64,000 bases of DNA from Fibrobacteria bacterium (GCA_043745805.1 JAYTSD010000001.1:128001-192000), one strand, 5' to 3'; counted from the first letter of the stretch, positions 30,884-40,415 are shown. Notes: generated from the letters alone by a model not told the origin. A program made the numbers and translations.

Positions 30884-31504
30884 CTATTTCCTGTTTAAGG
30901 TTAAGCTACCACCATCAAAATCCAGCTTTTGTGTTTCACCCGATTTAATTTTCATCTCCCCGTTTTCCAATTTAGGTGTCCATACTTTAACCGAAGTATA
31001 TTTATCCGGTACATTATTGATAGTAAATGTTGTGGCTTTATCGCCAAGTTTAAATTCTACAATAGCATTGTAAGCGCTGGGAACATTCGCGATATAGGCC
31101 TGCATCTTGGGATGAATTTTACAACTAATACGAATTACGGAATTTTCGGGCCAATTCAAATCAATTTTTGAGCTTTTGCCAGGAGATACTAAGCCTGCAT
31201 CAAACTTGGCACCAGTTTTAGCATCATTGGCATAAATGTTATGATCTTCGGTATCCGAATTTTTAAAATTAATCGCTGTTCCACTGGGTCCATATACCAG
31301 TTTTTGAACAAATTTTTTGTCCAATTGATTTACTTCTATTCCCTTACTTACGGGAATACTTTTATCTTCGTTAAAATAAACTAATGCCACTGCGGGTGGT
31401 AATTTTGTAAATGTAAACTCACCAGTTACGGTACCTGAAAATATAAGTGTGGGCAAGAAAAGGGCACACACTCGGAGTAAAAATGAAGAGAGAGAAACCG
31501 ACAC
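30884..31504 (-). CDS. Secreted cupredoxin-domain protein
   Basis: FKNSDTEDHNIY and SCKIHPKM supply His/Cys/His/Met type-1 Cu ligands; GTG start with GAGG RBS. Confidence 0.8.
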   Translation of the reverse strand: MSVSLSSFLLRVCALFLPTLIFSGTVTGEFTFTKLPPAVALVYFNEDKSIPVSKGIEVNQLDKKFVQKLVYGPSGTAINFKNSDTEDHNIYANDAKTGAKFDAGLVSPGKSSKIDLNWPENSVIRISCKIHPKMQAYIANVPSAYNAIVEFKLGDKATTFTINNVPDKYTSVKVWTPKLENGEMKIKSGETQKLDFDGGSLTLNRK

Positions 31505-31581
31505 CTGAACCTCGATGTTAAAGTTACAACTGCGGTTCGATTGCGACCGCAGTAGATTTTATTATTTTATTTTATAAAGTG

Positions 31582-32568
31582 CTAATCATTCTTAGGGATT
31601 TCGGGACGTGCCACGTTTAGTGGATCATTTAATGCTCCCAAAAATGCTACAAGGTCTTGCATTTCATGTTCGCTGCATCCAAGAGGTTTAATCAATTTAT
31701 CAAGATTCTTTTTGTTTTTGCCGCCCATATTGTAAAACGCTACTACCTCTTCCAGAGTTTTTTCAGAACCATCATGCATGTATGGTCCAGTTAAAGTGAC
31801 ATTCCGTAAACCTGGAGTTTTAAAAGCTCCCTTAAGTGTCGCGCCAGCCAAAATTTTATTGCGACCTTCATCATCACCCGGAACTCCAATATTATGAAAG
31901 CTTTCATCGGTAAAATTTGGACCACTATGACAGGCGGTGCAATTGGCTTTTCCGGAGAATAGAGCCATTCCTCTCACTGCCGAAGGTGTCATTGCGTTAT
32001 GGTCACCTTTTAGATATCTATCAAAAGGCGAGTTATTAGTGATTAAAGTACGTTCAAAAGATGCAATTGCTTTTCCTAAATTATCTTTGGTGATCCCTTC
32101 TTTACCATAAATCGACTGGAAGGAATTACGATAATAGGCCACTTTTTTAAGACGTGGTAATAAGGAGTCGAGTGGCATATTCATTTCTCCGGGCGCTTGA
32201 ATTGGTCCTAATGCCTGTTCTTCTAAACTTGCAGCCCTACCATCCCAGAAGAAAATACTACTCCAAGCCAAGTTGTATAAATGGGGTGCATTACGGCCCA
32301 CATGCTTGCCCATAGCACCATGTCCTTTTGCCATTCCATCACTAAACCCCAAATCGGGATTGTGACAAGTTGCACAACTTTGAGTTTGATTTATGGAAAG
32401 TCGTTCATCGTAAAACAAAATTTTTCCAAGCTCTACTTCCTTTGCAGAAGGTGCTTCACCTGCAGGATATTCAATGGTTTTAGGATCGGGTGTTCCTAAT
32501 GGGTCGGTGGCATAGACTCCTATGCGCAATAAACTAAGGGCAAGAGTTGAGTAAATAATAGCTTTCAT
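31582..32568 (-). CDS. Diheme cytochrome c peroxidase / MauG-family protein
   Basis: CATCH and CTACH; GRNAP, FFWDGRA, FKTPGLRNV, GPYMHDGS, TLEEVVAFY. Confidence 0.92.
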   Translation of the reverse strand: MKAIIYSTLALSLLRIGVYATDPLGTPDPKTIEYPAGEAPSAKEVELGKILFYDERLSINQTQSCATCHNPDLGFSDGMAKGHGAMGKHVGRNAPHLYNLAWSSIFFWDGRAASLEEQALGPIQAPGEMNMPLDSLLPRLKKVAYYRNSFQSIYGKEGITKDNLGKAIASFERTLITNNSPFDRYLKGDHNAMTPSAVRGMALFSGKANCTACHSGPNFTDESFHNIGVPGDDEGRNKILAGATLKGAFKTPGLRNVTLTGPYMHDGSEKTLEEVVAFYNMGGKNKKNLDKLIKPLGCSEHEMQDLVAFLGALNDPLNVARPEIPKND

Positions 32569-32625
32569 TAATATCCTCCTGAGAGACGGGTTATGGGTAC
32601 AGATGATGAAAAAATGATCAATGCA

Positions 32626-34278
32626 TTACACCTTAAATTTATAGACAAGTTGCTTTAACTGATCAGCCATACTTGCCAGCGAATCCGCTGCTTGCAGGGT
32701 TTCGGCCGCTCCCTGTGTTATGCCTTTAGCGCTTTCTGCGACTTCAGTAATACTACTCGATATGCCAGCATTAGCTTCTGCAACTTCAGTAATGCTACTC
32801 TCCATTTGATCACTAGTAGCTGTTTGTCGTGACATTGAAGATACGGTAACATTTTGAATTTTATGGATTTCTTGTACAAAACTTCCAATTTTAGTAATAG
32901 TGATACCTGCATTTTTGGCATCCTCTTGAATGATTTGAATGATACGACCAATATCTTGACTGGCTCGGGCTGTTCCTCGAGCTAAATCTTTTACTTCACT
33001 AGCGACCACAGCAAAACCTTTGCCGGCATCACCAGCACGTGCGGCTTCAATTGTGGCATTGAGAGCCAATAAATTAGTTTGGTTTGCTATCGAAGTAATA
33101 ACTGCAATAAATTTTGATATTTCTTCGCTGCTATTCCCCAATTTTTCTAAGATAATATTTGTGGTATTTAATTCATTTACTGCTGTTTGCGCTACAGCGG
33201 CTGCTTCTTCGGAATTTTTTCCAATACTCCGAATATCTTCCGCCATGTTCCGTGCCCCTTTAGCAACACGCTGTACATTTCCATTTATTTTTTCGGCAGA
33301 CTCTGAGGCGGAAGTGGCTCGTGAGGCTGTTGCTTGGGTATCGGTTTCCATTTGATGACTGATTTGACGTAACTCGCTTGACGCTTGTACTAATTCATCG
33401 GCATTTTGCATAATAGCTTGTACCGTATTACGCATATTTTGTACAGCTTGATTGAGTGATGCGCCGAGTCTCGCCACTTCATCTTTTCCTCCAGCATCAA
33501 TTTGGATACAAAGATCACCTTCGGATAATCGTAAGGCTGAGTAAGCGGTTTTCTGAACAGAAACCACAATACTTCGTGAAATGAGAAACGTTAAAATAAT
33601 GCCGGCTAGGATCGAACTGATACTTATAATCAAATTCATGCGTTTCGCATTAGTGCCCGAGCGACTGCTACTTTCTGAACTTTTCATTGCCTCACTACTA
33701 ATTTTATCGGCTACATTTTCCATACTTTGCGAAAGTTTAGTGTATTGTTCGTCCACTTTAATTAATTCGGCGGAGGTTTTTGTGAGATCTGCTAAGGCAG
33801 CGACTTCAACTACTTTTCCCACTGAGCTAGCATAATCCAAAATGCCAGTTTTAATTATCGTGATGGCCTCTTTGGTGGCTTGAGGTAACGGTAAGGTTTC
33901 CAAATTTCCGAAGTAATTTTCCAATATGCCGGATGACGTTTCTAATTCTTGGGCACAGGCTTGCATATCGTCGGTATTTCCATTTTGGCCAGCTACAGCG
34001 GAACGAAAGGCCAGGGCGCGCAAACCATCTTGTGCGTCGGTAACTAAAAGAATATTGCGCACGGCGATAAGTTGTACTGTGGCTAAATCATTCATGCCAC
34101 GATCAAGTTTTATAATATTGCGTTGTCCAGTAACCGTAAGTAGTAAAATCGAAACCAAAAATACTCCGCCCAAAACGGACAATTTTGTGGCGATGGAATA
34201 GTTACGTAGAAGACGTTGCCAACGCGAAGGACTCGAATTGTTTCCTTTGAAATAAATATTCGATAATTTTTTAAGCAT
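32626..34278 (-). CDS. Methyl-accepting chemotaxis protein (TM, four-helix sensor, TM, HAMP, signalling domain)
   Basis: [41 protein letters not shown] (GDL...DEVARL). Confidence 0.95.
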   Translation of the reverse strand: MLKKLSNIYFKGNNSSPSRWQRLLRNYSIATKLSVLGGVFLVSILLLTVTGQRNIIKLDRGMNDLATVQLIAVRNILLVTDAQDGLRALAFRSAVAGQNGNTDDMQACAQELETSSGILENYFGNLETLPLPQATKEAITIIKTGILDYASSVGKVVEVAALADLTKTSAELIKVDEQYTKLSQSMENVADKISSEAMKSSESSSRSGTNAKRMNLIISISSILAGIILTFLISRSIVVSVQKTAYSALRLSEGDLCIQIDAGGKDEVARLGASLNQAVQNMRNTVQAIMQNADELVQASSELRQISHQMETDTQATASRATSASESAEKINGNVQRVAKGARNMAEDIRSIGKNSEEAAAVAQTAVNELNTTNIILEKLGNSSEEISKFIAVITSIANQTNLLALNATIEAARAGDAGKGFAVVASEVKDLARGTARASQDIGRIIQIIQEDAKNAGITITKIGSFVQEIHKIQNVTVSSMSRQTATSDQMESSITEVAEANAGISSSITEVAESAKGITQGAAETLQAADSLASMADQLKQLVYKFKV

Positions 34279-34661
34279 TTTTTTTCAAGCCGAATTAAAC
34301 ACAAATACTAAAACGTGAGTACTTCCCGAACTGGGTTTTAGTATAGAGTATGGCATTTTATAAATACAAGTAATTTGTATGCGAAATGTATTTTATTTGT
34401 GTTGATAAAAAGTAATGTTATAAGTTATACACTTTGCAAAACAACCAATGAATTAGCACTTAAACTTTCACTTCAGCTTAATTTAAAGGTTAAGTTAATG
34501 TAAGGTAATGATCGTAGATAACAGCCATGGTGCAATTCAAAAGCGAAAATCATTCATTGTTGGGAGACAGAGTTTGCACAAGCCTTTCTCGATTGTGAAT
34601 TTAAGGACTTATAGAGGCAAGAGATTATATTTCATGAGATTTTTTGTATTTTATGCGTCCT

Positions 34662-35516
34662 ATGGAAAATACTACAAACTCAGAGAACCTTGAAAATTTA
34701 TTCGCCCAACTTTGGGAGGACTATACCGATCTTAATCCTGCGGCTAAAGAAATTTTGCGTTTATTAACTCTCCGCGGCGAAACGCTCGAAAATGATCATA
34801 TTGCTTTGCGTACCTTTGATGATCCCAAGGTAAATATTGAAAAATTAGCAAGCAGCTTCGTGAAAATGGGGTATCTCGCAAAGGGAGAATATAAATTTCC
34901 TGATAAAAAAATATCTGCGCGCCACTTTGAACATCCCAATGGAAAATGGCCTAAAGTTTTTATCAGTCAACTGCAGGTTTCGGCTTTTAGTAAAGAATTT
35001 CAGAAATTAATTAAGGCTATGCTTGCGGAAGTTTCACCAGAAACAACAGCGCAGTGGGACTTTTGTGTTTATGGGCGACCTTGGAAAATGGCATTTGAAA
35101 ATTATGAAATTTTGCGTAAAGAAAGTGAATTCGCCGCTTGGCTTGCGGCCTTTGGGTTTCGTGCAAATCACTTTACCGTATTGATTAATAATTTAAAAAA
35201 ATTTGATTCCCTCGCAAGTTTGAATACCTTAATAAAAAATAGTGGTTATGCATTAAATACTGTGGGCGGAGAAATCAAAGGCAGTCCAGCTGTTTACTTG
35301 GAGCAGAGTTCGACTTTAGCACAGCCCGTATCGGTACGTTTTGGAGAGGGTAACTTTAAGGTTCCCGCCTGTTATTATGAATTTGCTAAACGTTACCCTA
35401 TGCCTGATGGCAAACTTTTCCAAGGGTTTATTGCAGAATCCGCTAATAGTATTTTTGAAAGCACGGATAATCGTCGTAAAAGTAAAGAACGGCGCGGCAA
35501 ACCTCGCCGCAATTAG
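34662..35516 (+). CDS. DUF1338 family protein (2-oxoadipate dioxygenase-like fold)
   Basis: NDHIALRTF, PKVFIS, ANHFT, LEQSST, YYEFAKRY, IFEST. Confidence 0.88.
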   Translation: MENTTNSENLENLFAQLWEDYTDLNPAAKEILRLLTLRGETLENDHIALRTFDDPKVNIEKLASSFVKMGYLAKGEYKFPDKKISARHFEHPNGKWPKVFISQLQVSAFSKEFQKLIKAMLAEVSPETTAQWDFCVYGRPWKMAFENYEILRKESEFAAWLAAFGFRANHFTVLINNLKKFDSLASLNTLIKNSGYALNTVGGEIKGSPAVYLEQSSTLAQPVSVRFGEGNFKVPACYYEFAKRYPMPDGKLFQGFIAESANSIFESTDNRRKSKERRGKPRRN

Positions 35517-35560
35517 ATTTTCATTTCATTAAGTTCTGCCAAGGTGTAGATTTTTAAATT

Positions 35561-35589
35561 AGTGTACAGTTGTCAAGCTTCTGTACACT
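35561..35589 (+). promoter_or_regulatory. Inverted repeat, candidate enhancer for the sigma54 promoter at 35660
   Basis: AGTGTACAG-N11-CTGTACACT; contains TGT-N11-ACA at 35571-35587. Confidence 0.5.
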
Positions 35590-35659
35590 CAAAAACACCT
35601 TAAACTCATGTTTCAGTTTAAAATCCCAGTAAATTAAGGTTATTTCGTGATTTTTGAAT

Positions 35660-35675
35660 TGGTCCGGTTTTTGAT
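35660..35675 (+). promoter_or_regulatory. Probable sigma54 promoter
   Basis: TGGTCC-GGTTT-TTGAT; correct spacing, but GA rather than GC at -12. Confidence 0.55.
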
Positions 35676-35709
35676 TATGTAATCTATAGAACTTAAACAG
35701 GAGGTTTAT

Positions 35710-36162
35710 ATGTCACTCAGTAAATTATATGGAATTGGAATAATCGCACTTTGTAGCGTGTCTGCACATGCCGGACGGAAAAACTTTGATCGCTCACATG
35801 CGGAGGTTACGTTGGGGTTTCCTAATGGTCAGGTAACAGTAGGAAAAACCTGGGGTACAGGTAACCCTGAGGTTATTCATGAAACCGTAATTGAAAGACC
35901 AGTCTATCGTGATCGTGACGACGATGAAGACTGCCATAGAGTTGTGGTAGAAGAACGTCCTCGTTATGAACAGGAACGAGTCACCATTATTAAGCATTAT
36001 CCATCCGAACCGCGTTGTGAAAGAGTAGTCTATCGCGATAGGTCGTACTATGATCCTGAACGCACGGTAATTGTAGTTCCGGAAAGACATTGGAATCATC
36101 ACGGGCATGGAAATCCTCATCATAATGACTGGAGATCTGAAAGATATTGCGACCGTGATTAA
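35710..36162 (+). CDS. Small secreted low-complexity protein (Val/Arg/Glu-rich, His-rich tail)
   Basis: AGGAGG RBS; signal peptide ending AHA; recurring V-x-E-R-P segments; HWNHHGHGNPHH. Confidence 0.8.
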   Translation: MSLSKLYGIGIIALCSVSAHAGRKNFDRSHAEVTLGFPNGQVTVGKTWGTGNPEVIHETVIERPVYRDRDDDEDCHRVVVEERPRYEQERVTIIKHYPSEPRCERVVYRDRSYYDPERTVIVVPERHWNHHGHGNPHHNDWRSERYCDRD

Positions 36163-36171
36163 ACGTGAAAT

Positions 36172-36265
36172 TAACGCTCTCGGTTAAAGAAGAGAGCGTT
36201 ATTGCCTAATGAATTAGTAGTTTTTTAGACTAAAGAAAATCGCTAAAAACTTAGCGGTTTTTTTT
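36172..36265 (+). terminator. Two hairpins; the second is an intrinsic terminator
   Basis: TAACGCTCTC-N10-GAGAGCGTTA, then AAAATCGCTAA-AAAC-TTAGCGGTTTTTTTT. Confidence 0.7.
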
Positions 36266-36348
36266 GCATTTCCTTGAGGAGTATTATTTTGAAAAAGCCA
36301 TGGCTTACTTTTTTTTACAGGAGCATTTGTTCTTGGAAATTGAAAAAG

Positions 36349-38829
36349 ATGCCGGCTAGTTTTGTTAAATACTTTTACTTGGTAATTTTTATTCCGACTT
36401 TTCTATGCGCACAGGAAAATATTTCCAATAATGCTTTACCCGATATTCGCGATGCTTATGGTGTTTCCATTGCTGATTTTAATGGTGATGGATTGCTTGA
36501 TATTTATATTGTGGGATTTCGCACTTTAAACAGAATGCTCATTAATCGCGGAGATAGAACTTTTATCGACAAAAGTATTGCAGCCGGTGTCGGTGGAAAT
36601 TTGATGCCGAAGGGTATTAAGAATTTAGAGGTGGGAGCCGCTACGGCTGATTTTGATAACGATGGAGCCATAGATATATTGATTACTGGTTGGGGCGATG
36701 GCTTGGATTTATTAAAGAATAGAAAAGACGGAACTTTTTATTCAGTAACTTCGCAAATGGGATTAGCCCAAGATATTGATGCGAATATGGGCGTATGGGC
36801 CGATTTGGATCAGGATGGGTATGTGGATTTATTGCTGACCAATGAACATGGACCTATTCAGATATATCATAATGATCATGGATTAAAATTCAATCAAATT
36901 CCACTAGCACAAACGGGTCTTCCTTTAGACTCTGGCTCTCAAGGCGCTGCCTTTACGGATCTCGATTTGGATGGGGATTTAGATTTAGTCGTGGCGGGTT
37001 GGAAAAAACCACTACAAATTTTTGAACAGATATCGCCCTTTTATTTTAAACAAATTCCTTTGAATATAAAGTTTAAGCCGGGCATGCGTTGCAATGCCAT
37101 TTTGGTGGGTGACGTGGATAATGATGGGGATTTCGATTTAGTAGTGACAGTTCGTGAAGGGCATAATTTACTGTTAATTAATCAAAATAACCCTTCTTTA
37201 AAAACTCTGGATATTTCCACGTGGAAGTCAAGAGTGGATTCTATTGTTAAGCCATTACATTTTGTGGAGCAAGCGCATGCCTGGGGAATTATTGACAGCG
37301 CGGATCACTATGGAGGGGCTTTGGCAGACTTCGATGGCGATGGGGATTTTGATTTATTATTAACCACGCGAGGCGCTAATTTCTACTACGAAAATTCGGA
37401 GCATCATTTTTATTACCGTAACAATTTTGATTTAGGCCTCCCCCCCAATTTTTCTACTTACAATACTGGCTTTGTTCCTGCACCGGTTTTTGGAGGAAAA
37501 TCCTTAGATTGGTTAATGGCGTCTCGTGATAGCGCCTGTCAAATTCAAGCTGGGTTAACGCCAAAGTTACCTAGGATAGAAGTTAAATTACATGCGGTAG
37601 AATCCAATGTCTCTTCCATCGGTGCACAAATTACTTTTTGGTCGCGAAAATTTGGGGATCCGGGTGAATGGCAATTACAACAATTCCAAGAAGTTTCTGG
37701 AGGTTATGGCTATTTCAGTTCTTATATAGGGCCATTATTATTTACTTTACCCGACACACTCCGTGAATATCAGTTTGCCGTACGATTCCCTAATGGAAAG
37801 CGTGTCGAGTACAAAATCAATCCTCACGACTCCATCATTGATATTTGGGAAAGTCGATTTTTTCCTGGAACATGGGCAAAAATATGGCATTGGTCCTATA
37901 CCACCTATCATGATCCCGTACGCCGAAAAAATGTACTCTTTGCCGTGGCAGCCTTTATTTTATTGACCCTGTTAAGTCGCACGGTATTAAGAATTATGGC
38001 CACCTCCATTGCACGGAGACAAAATCAAGCGGAGTTAGTGCAAAAAAATGAGGAGTTACGCTTATTGATTGAAGAAGTGCAAAAAACTCAGCAACAACTT
38101 ATTCATAGTGAAAAATTAGCAGGCTTAGGACAGCTTGTTGCGGGAATTGCCCATGAATTAAATAATCCTATTGGTTTTATTTATGCGAATCTTCATCAGA
38201 TCCAAAAATATTTAGATAGAAGTGATTTCTCAAACCTTGATGAAAAATCCAAACTCTTGGTGCAAAAAATGAAAGAGGCTCTGGCTGAATGCCAAGACGG
38301 TTCCATACGTATTCGCGACATTGTACAAAATCTACGCGGCCTTTCGCGTGCAGGAAATGCAGATGAAAGTAAATCACTGACCAAAAAAGTTTCGGATTTA
38401 AATTTGATGATTGATAAAAGCGCTTTATTGGCGCAAACCAATTTCAGTAAGAATATTCAGTTACAAAAACAATATGCTGAACTTCCACCCATTTCTATAG
38501 ATGAAACCCAAATCCAACAAGTGATATTGAATATTTTAGTCAATGCAGGACAGGCTTTAGATAAAGAAGGCAGTATATTTATTCATACCTTTGAGGAAGG
38601 CCCTTGGGCCGTTGTTTCCATAAAAGATAATGGACTGGGGATTAAACCTGATCATTTGCATAGAATTTTTGAGCCCTTTTTCACCACCAAGCCTGTGGGG
38701 CAGGGAATAGGATTGGGATTGCATCTTTCTTATCAAATCATCAAAGCACATGAAGGTTACATTACTGTTAACTCCGTTATGGGCCACGGTGCAGAATTTA
38801 TAATTAAACTTCCTTTGGATAAAAATTAA
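36349..38829 (+). CDS. Sensor histidine kinase with FG-GAP propeller and ASPIC/UnbV-like ectodomain
   Basis: Signal peptide; six D-x-[DN]-x-DG-x-x-D motifs; UnbV-like segment; one TM; LVAGIAHELNNP; QVILNILVNA; FFTTK; GIGLGL. ORF track starts at 36274; ATG 36349 is more plausible. Confidence 0.9.
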   Translation: MPASFVKYFYLVIFIPTFLCAQENISNNALPDIRDAYGVSIADFNGDGLLDIYIVGFRTLNRMLINRGDRTFIDKSIAAGVGGNLMPKGIKNLEVGAATADFDNDGAIDILITGWGDGLDLLKNRKDGTFYSVTSQMGLAQDIDANMGVWADLDQDGYVDLLLTNEHGPIQIYHNDHGLKFNQIPLAQTGLPLDSGSQGAAFTDLDLDGDLDLVVAGWKKPLQIFEQISPFYFKQIPLNIKFKPGMRCNAILVGDVDNDGDFDLVVTVREGHNLLLINQNNPSLKTLDISTWKSRVDSIVKPLHFVEQAHAWGIIDSADHYGGALADFDGDGDFDLLLTTRGANFYYENSEHHFYYRNNFDLGLPPNFSTYNTGFVPAPVFGGKSLDWLMASRDSACQIQAGLTPKLPRIEVKLHAVESNVSSIGAQITFWSRKFGDPGEWQLQQFQEVSGGYGYFSSYIGPLLFTLPDTLREYQFAVRFPNGKRVEYKINPHDSIIDIWESRFFPGTWAKIWHWSYTTYHDPVRRKNVLFAVAAFILLTLLSRTVLRIMATSIARRQNQAELVQKNEELRLLIEEVQKTQQQLIHSEKLAGLGQLVAGIAHELNNPIGFIYANLHQIQKYLDRSDFSNLDEKSKLLVQKMKEALAECQDGSIRIRDIVQNLRGLSRAGNADESKSLTKKVSDLNLMIDKSALLAQTNFSKNIQLQKQYAELPPISIDETQIQQVILNILVNAGQALDKEGSIFIHTFEEGPWAVVSIKDNGLGIKPDHLHRIFEPFFTTKPVGQGIGLGLHLSYQIIKAHEGYITVNSVMGHGAEFIIKLPLDKN

Positions 38830-40283
38830 TGGAAAATCAAAAACCTGTATTACTGATTGTGGATGATGAACCTGCTATTATAAATAGCATTATTCGCCAA
38901 TTAGAAGATGATTATACCTGCTTAGGTGCGCCTAATGCCTCTTTAGCCAAGCATTTTTTTGCTGACCATAAGATAGCATGCGTGCTCAGCGATCAACGTA
39001 TGCCGGGTGAATCGGGATCGGAATTTTTAGCATGGGTGCGAGAGCATTATCCCGATACGGTGCGCGTTTTAATTACGGGCTATAGTGATTTTGATAGCGT
39101 GGTCTCCGCAGTAAATCAGGGACAAATTTATCAATTTTTAAATAAGCCTTGGGAGCCAGTGCAACTCGAAGCAGTAGTACGCCAAGCTGTGCGGATTTTT
39201 TCTTTGGTTGAAGAAAACAAACTTTTACAACAAGAATTAAAAAACCGCAATCATATTTTAGAACGCGAAAATTTATTATTGAAGTTCGAGACCATAAGCA
39301 ATGGGGAACCGCTTTCGAAATTAGTGGGCATTAGCTCTAGTATGCAGAATTTAAAAAACAAAATTATGCACTTCTTGGTTTCGCAAAGTACCGTTTTGGT
39401 CACGGGAGAAAGTGGTACGGGTAAAGAATTGGTGGCGCATGCTTTACATTTTGGCGGTCCACGTAAAGACAAGCCCTTTGTGGCTCAAAACTGTGCTGCT
39501 TTAACTGATTCTCTTTTAGAGAGTGAATTATTTGGGCATGTAAAGGGTTCTTTTACGCATGCTACCGAAAATCGCATCGGGATTATTGAAAGTGCGCAAG
39601 GAGGCACTTTGTTCTTGGATGAAGTGGGAGATATGTCTTTAACCTTGCAAGCAAAGCTATTAAGGTTTTTGCAAGAAGGCGTGGTGCAGCCTATTGGTAG
39701 CCGCGTAGAGAAACATGTAGATGTCCGTATCATAGCGGCTACGCATCGCGATTTAGAGTCTATGGTGCAAGATAAAACTTTTCGCGAAGATTTATTTTAT
39801 CGGCTTAATGTGGTGCCCTTGCGCACGCCCGCTTTGCGTGAGCGCTTGGATGACTTGCCCTTATTGATAGAACATTTTATGCAAAAAAAAGCGCTTAAGC
39901 TAAAAAAAACCTTACCGACACTGTCTTCCGAGGCGCTGGAATTATTGAAAAAACATAATTTTCCTGGTAATGTACGTGAGTTAGAAAATGCAATTGAATA
40001 TGCCATGAATCTTTCGGGGGAGAGAAATATTTTGTTACCCGAAGACATGCCCGATAGAATTCAAAGTAAAGCAGACGAAAAAGGGAAGCTAAATTCGCAT
40101 ACCTCCACCTCAAATTTACCTTCTGAACTTTTATTAGAAGAAGCGGTAAATGCTTTGGAAATTGATTGGATACGTCGTGCTTTAAAAAGTTCGACGGGAA
40201 ATATTTCCCATGCGGCAAAGTCCTTGGGCCTTAGTCGTCAGGGTTTGCATAATAAACTCGCGAAATATGGGATTAAAGAATAA
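38829..40283 (+). CDS. sigma54-dependent Fis-family response regulator (REC-AAA+-HTH)
   Basis: VDDE, SDQRMP, GESGTGKE, ESELFGHVKGSFTHA, LFLDE, FPGNVREL, C-terminal HTH; start overlaps the kinase stop. Confidence 0.95.
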   Translation: MENQKPVLLIVDDEPAIINSIIRQLEDDYTCLGAPNASLAKHFFADHKIACVLSDQRMPGESGSEFLAWVREHYPDTVRVLITGYSDFDSVVSAVNQGQIYQFLNKPWEPVQLEAVVRQAVRIFSLVEENKLLQQELKNRNHILERENLLLKFETISNGEPLSKLVGISSSMQNLKNKIMHFLVSQSTVLVTGESGTGKELVAHALHFGGPRKDKPFVAQNCAALTDSLLESELFGHVKGSFTHATENRIGIIESAQGGTLFLDEVGDMSLTLQAKLLRFLQEGVVQPIGSRVEKHVDVRIIAATHRDLESMVQDKTFREDLFYRLNVVPLRTPALRERLDDLPLLIEHFMQKKALKLKKTLPTLSSEALELLKKHNFPGNVRELENAIEYAMNLSGERNILLPEDMPDRIQSKADEKGKLNSHTSTSNLPSELLLEEAVNALEIDWIRRALKSSTGNISHAAKSLGLSRQGLHNKLAKYGIKE

Positions 40284-40288
40284 AATCT

Positions 40289-40335
40289 TGTCCACCAAGT
40301 GGACACCAAATAGTGGACGGTCTATTAAATAGACC
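40289..40335 (+). promoter_or_regulatory. Tandem 17-bp palindromes, candidate enhancer-binding-protein sites
   Basis: TGTCCACCAAGTGGACA (40289-40305) and GGTCTATTAAATAGACC (40319-40335), 30 bp apart, sharing GTCYA-N5-TRGAC. Confidence 0.65.
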
Positions 40336-40386
40336 CCTTTTTTAAAAAAAATCGCACTTTTCCTTTAAGTTTCAAAGTTTTTCTTT

Positions 40387-40402
40387 TGGTACATCTCTTG
40401 CG
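40387..40402 (+). promoter_or_regulatory. sigma54 promoter
   Basis: TGGTAC-ATCTC-TTGCG. Confidence 0.75.
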
Positions 40403-40415
40403 ATGTACTCCGATC

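Noticed and set aside
30884-32568. Methylamine dehydrogenase (mau) cluster
   Set aside because: No MauA/MauB/MauD/MauE-like genes in the window; only the MauG-family fold is shared.
34279-34661. Riboswitch or small ORF (34508-34693) in the long divergent intergenic region
   Set aside because: I could not match a riboswitch consensus by eye, and the ORF has no recognisable features. An Rfam scan would settle it.
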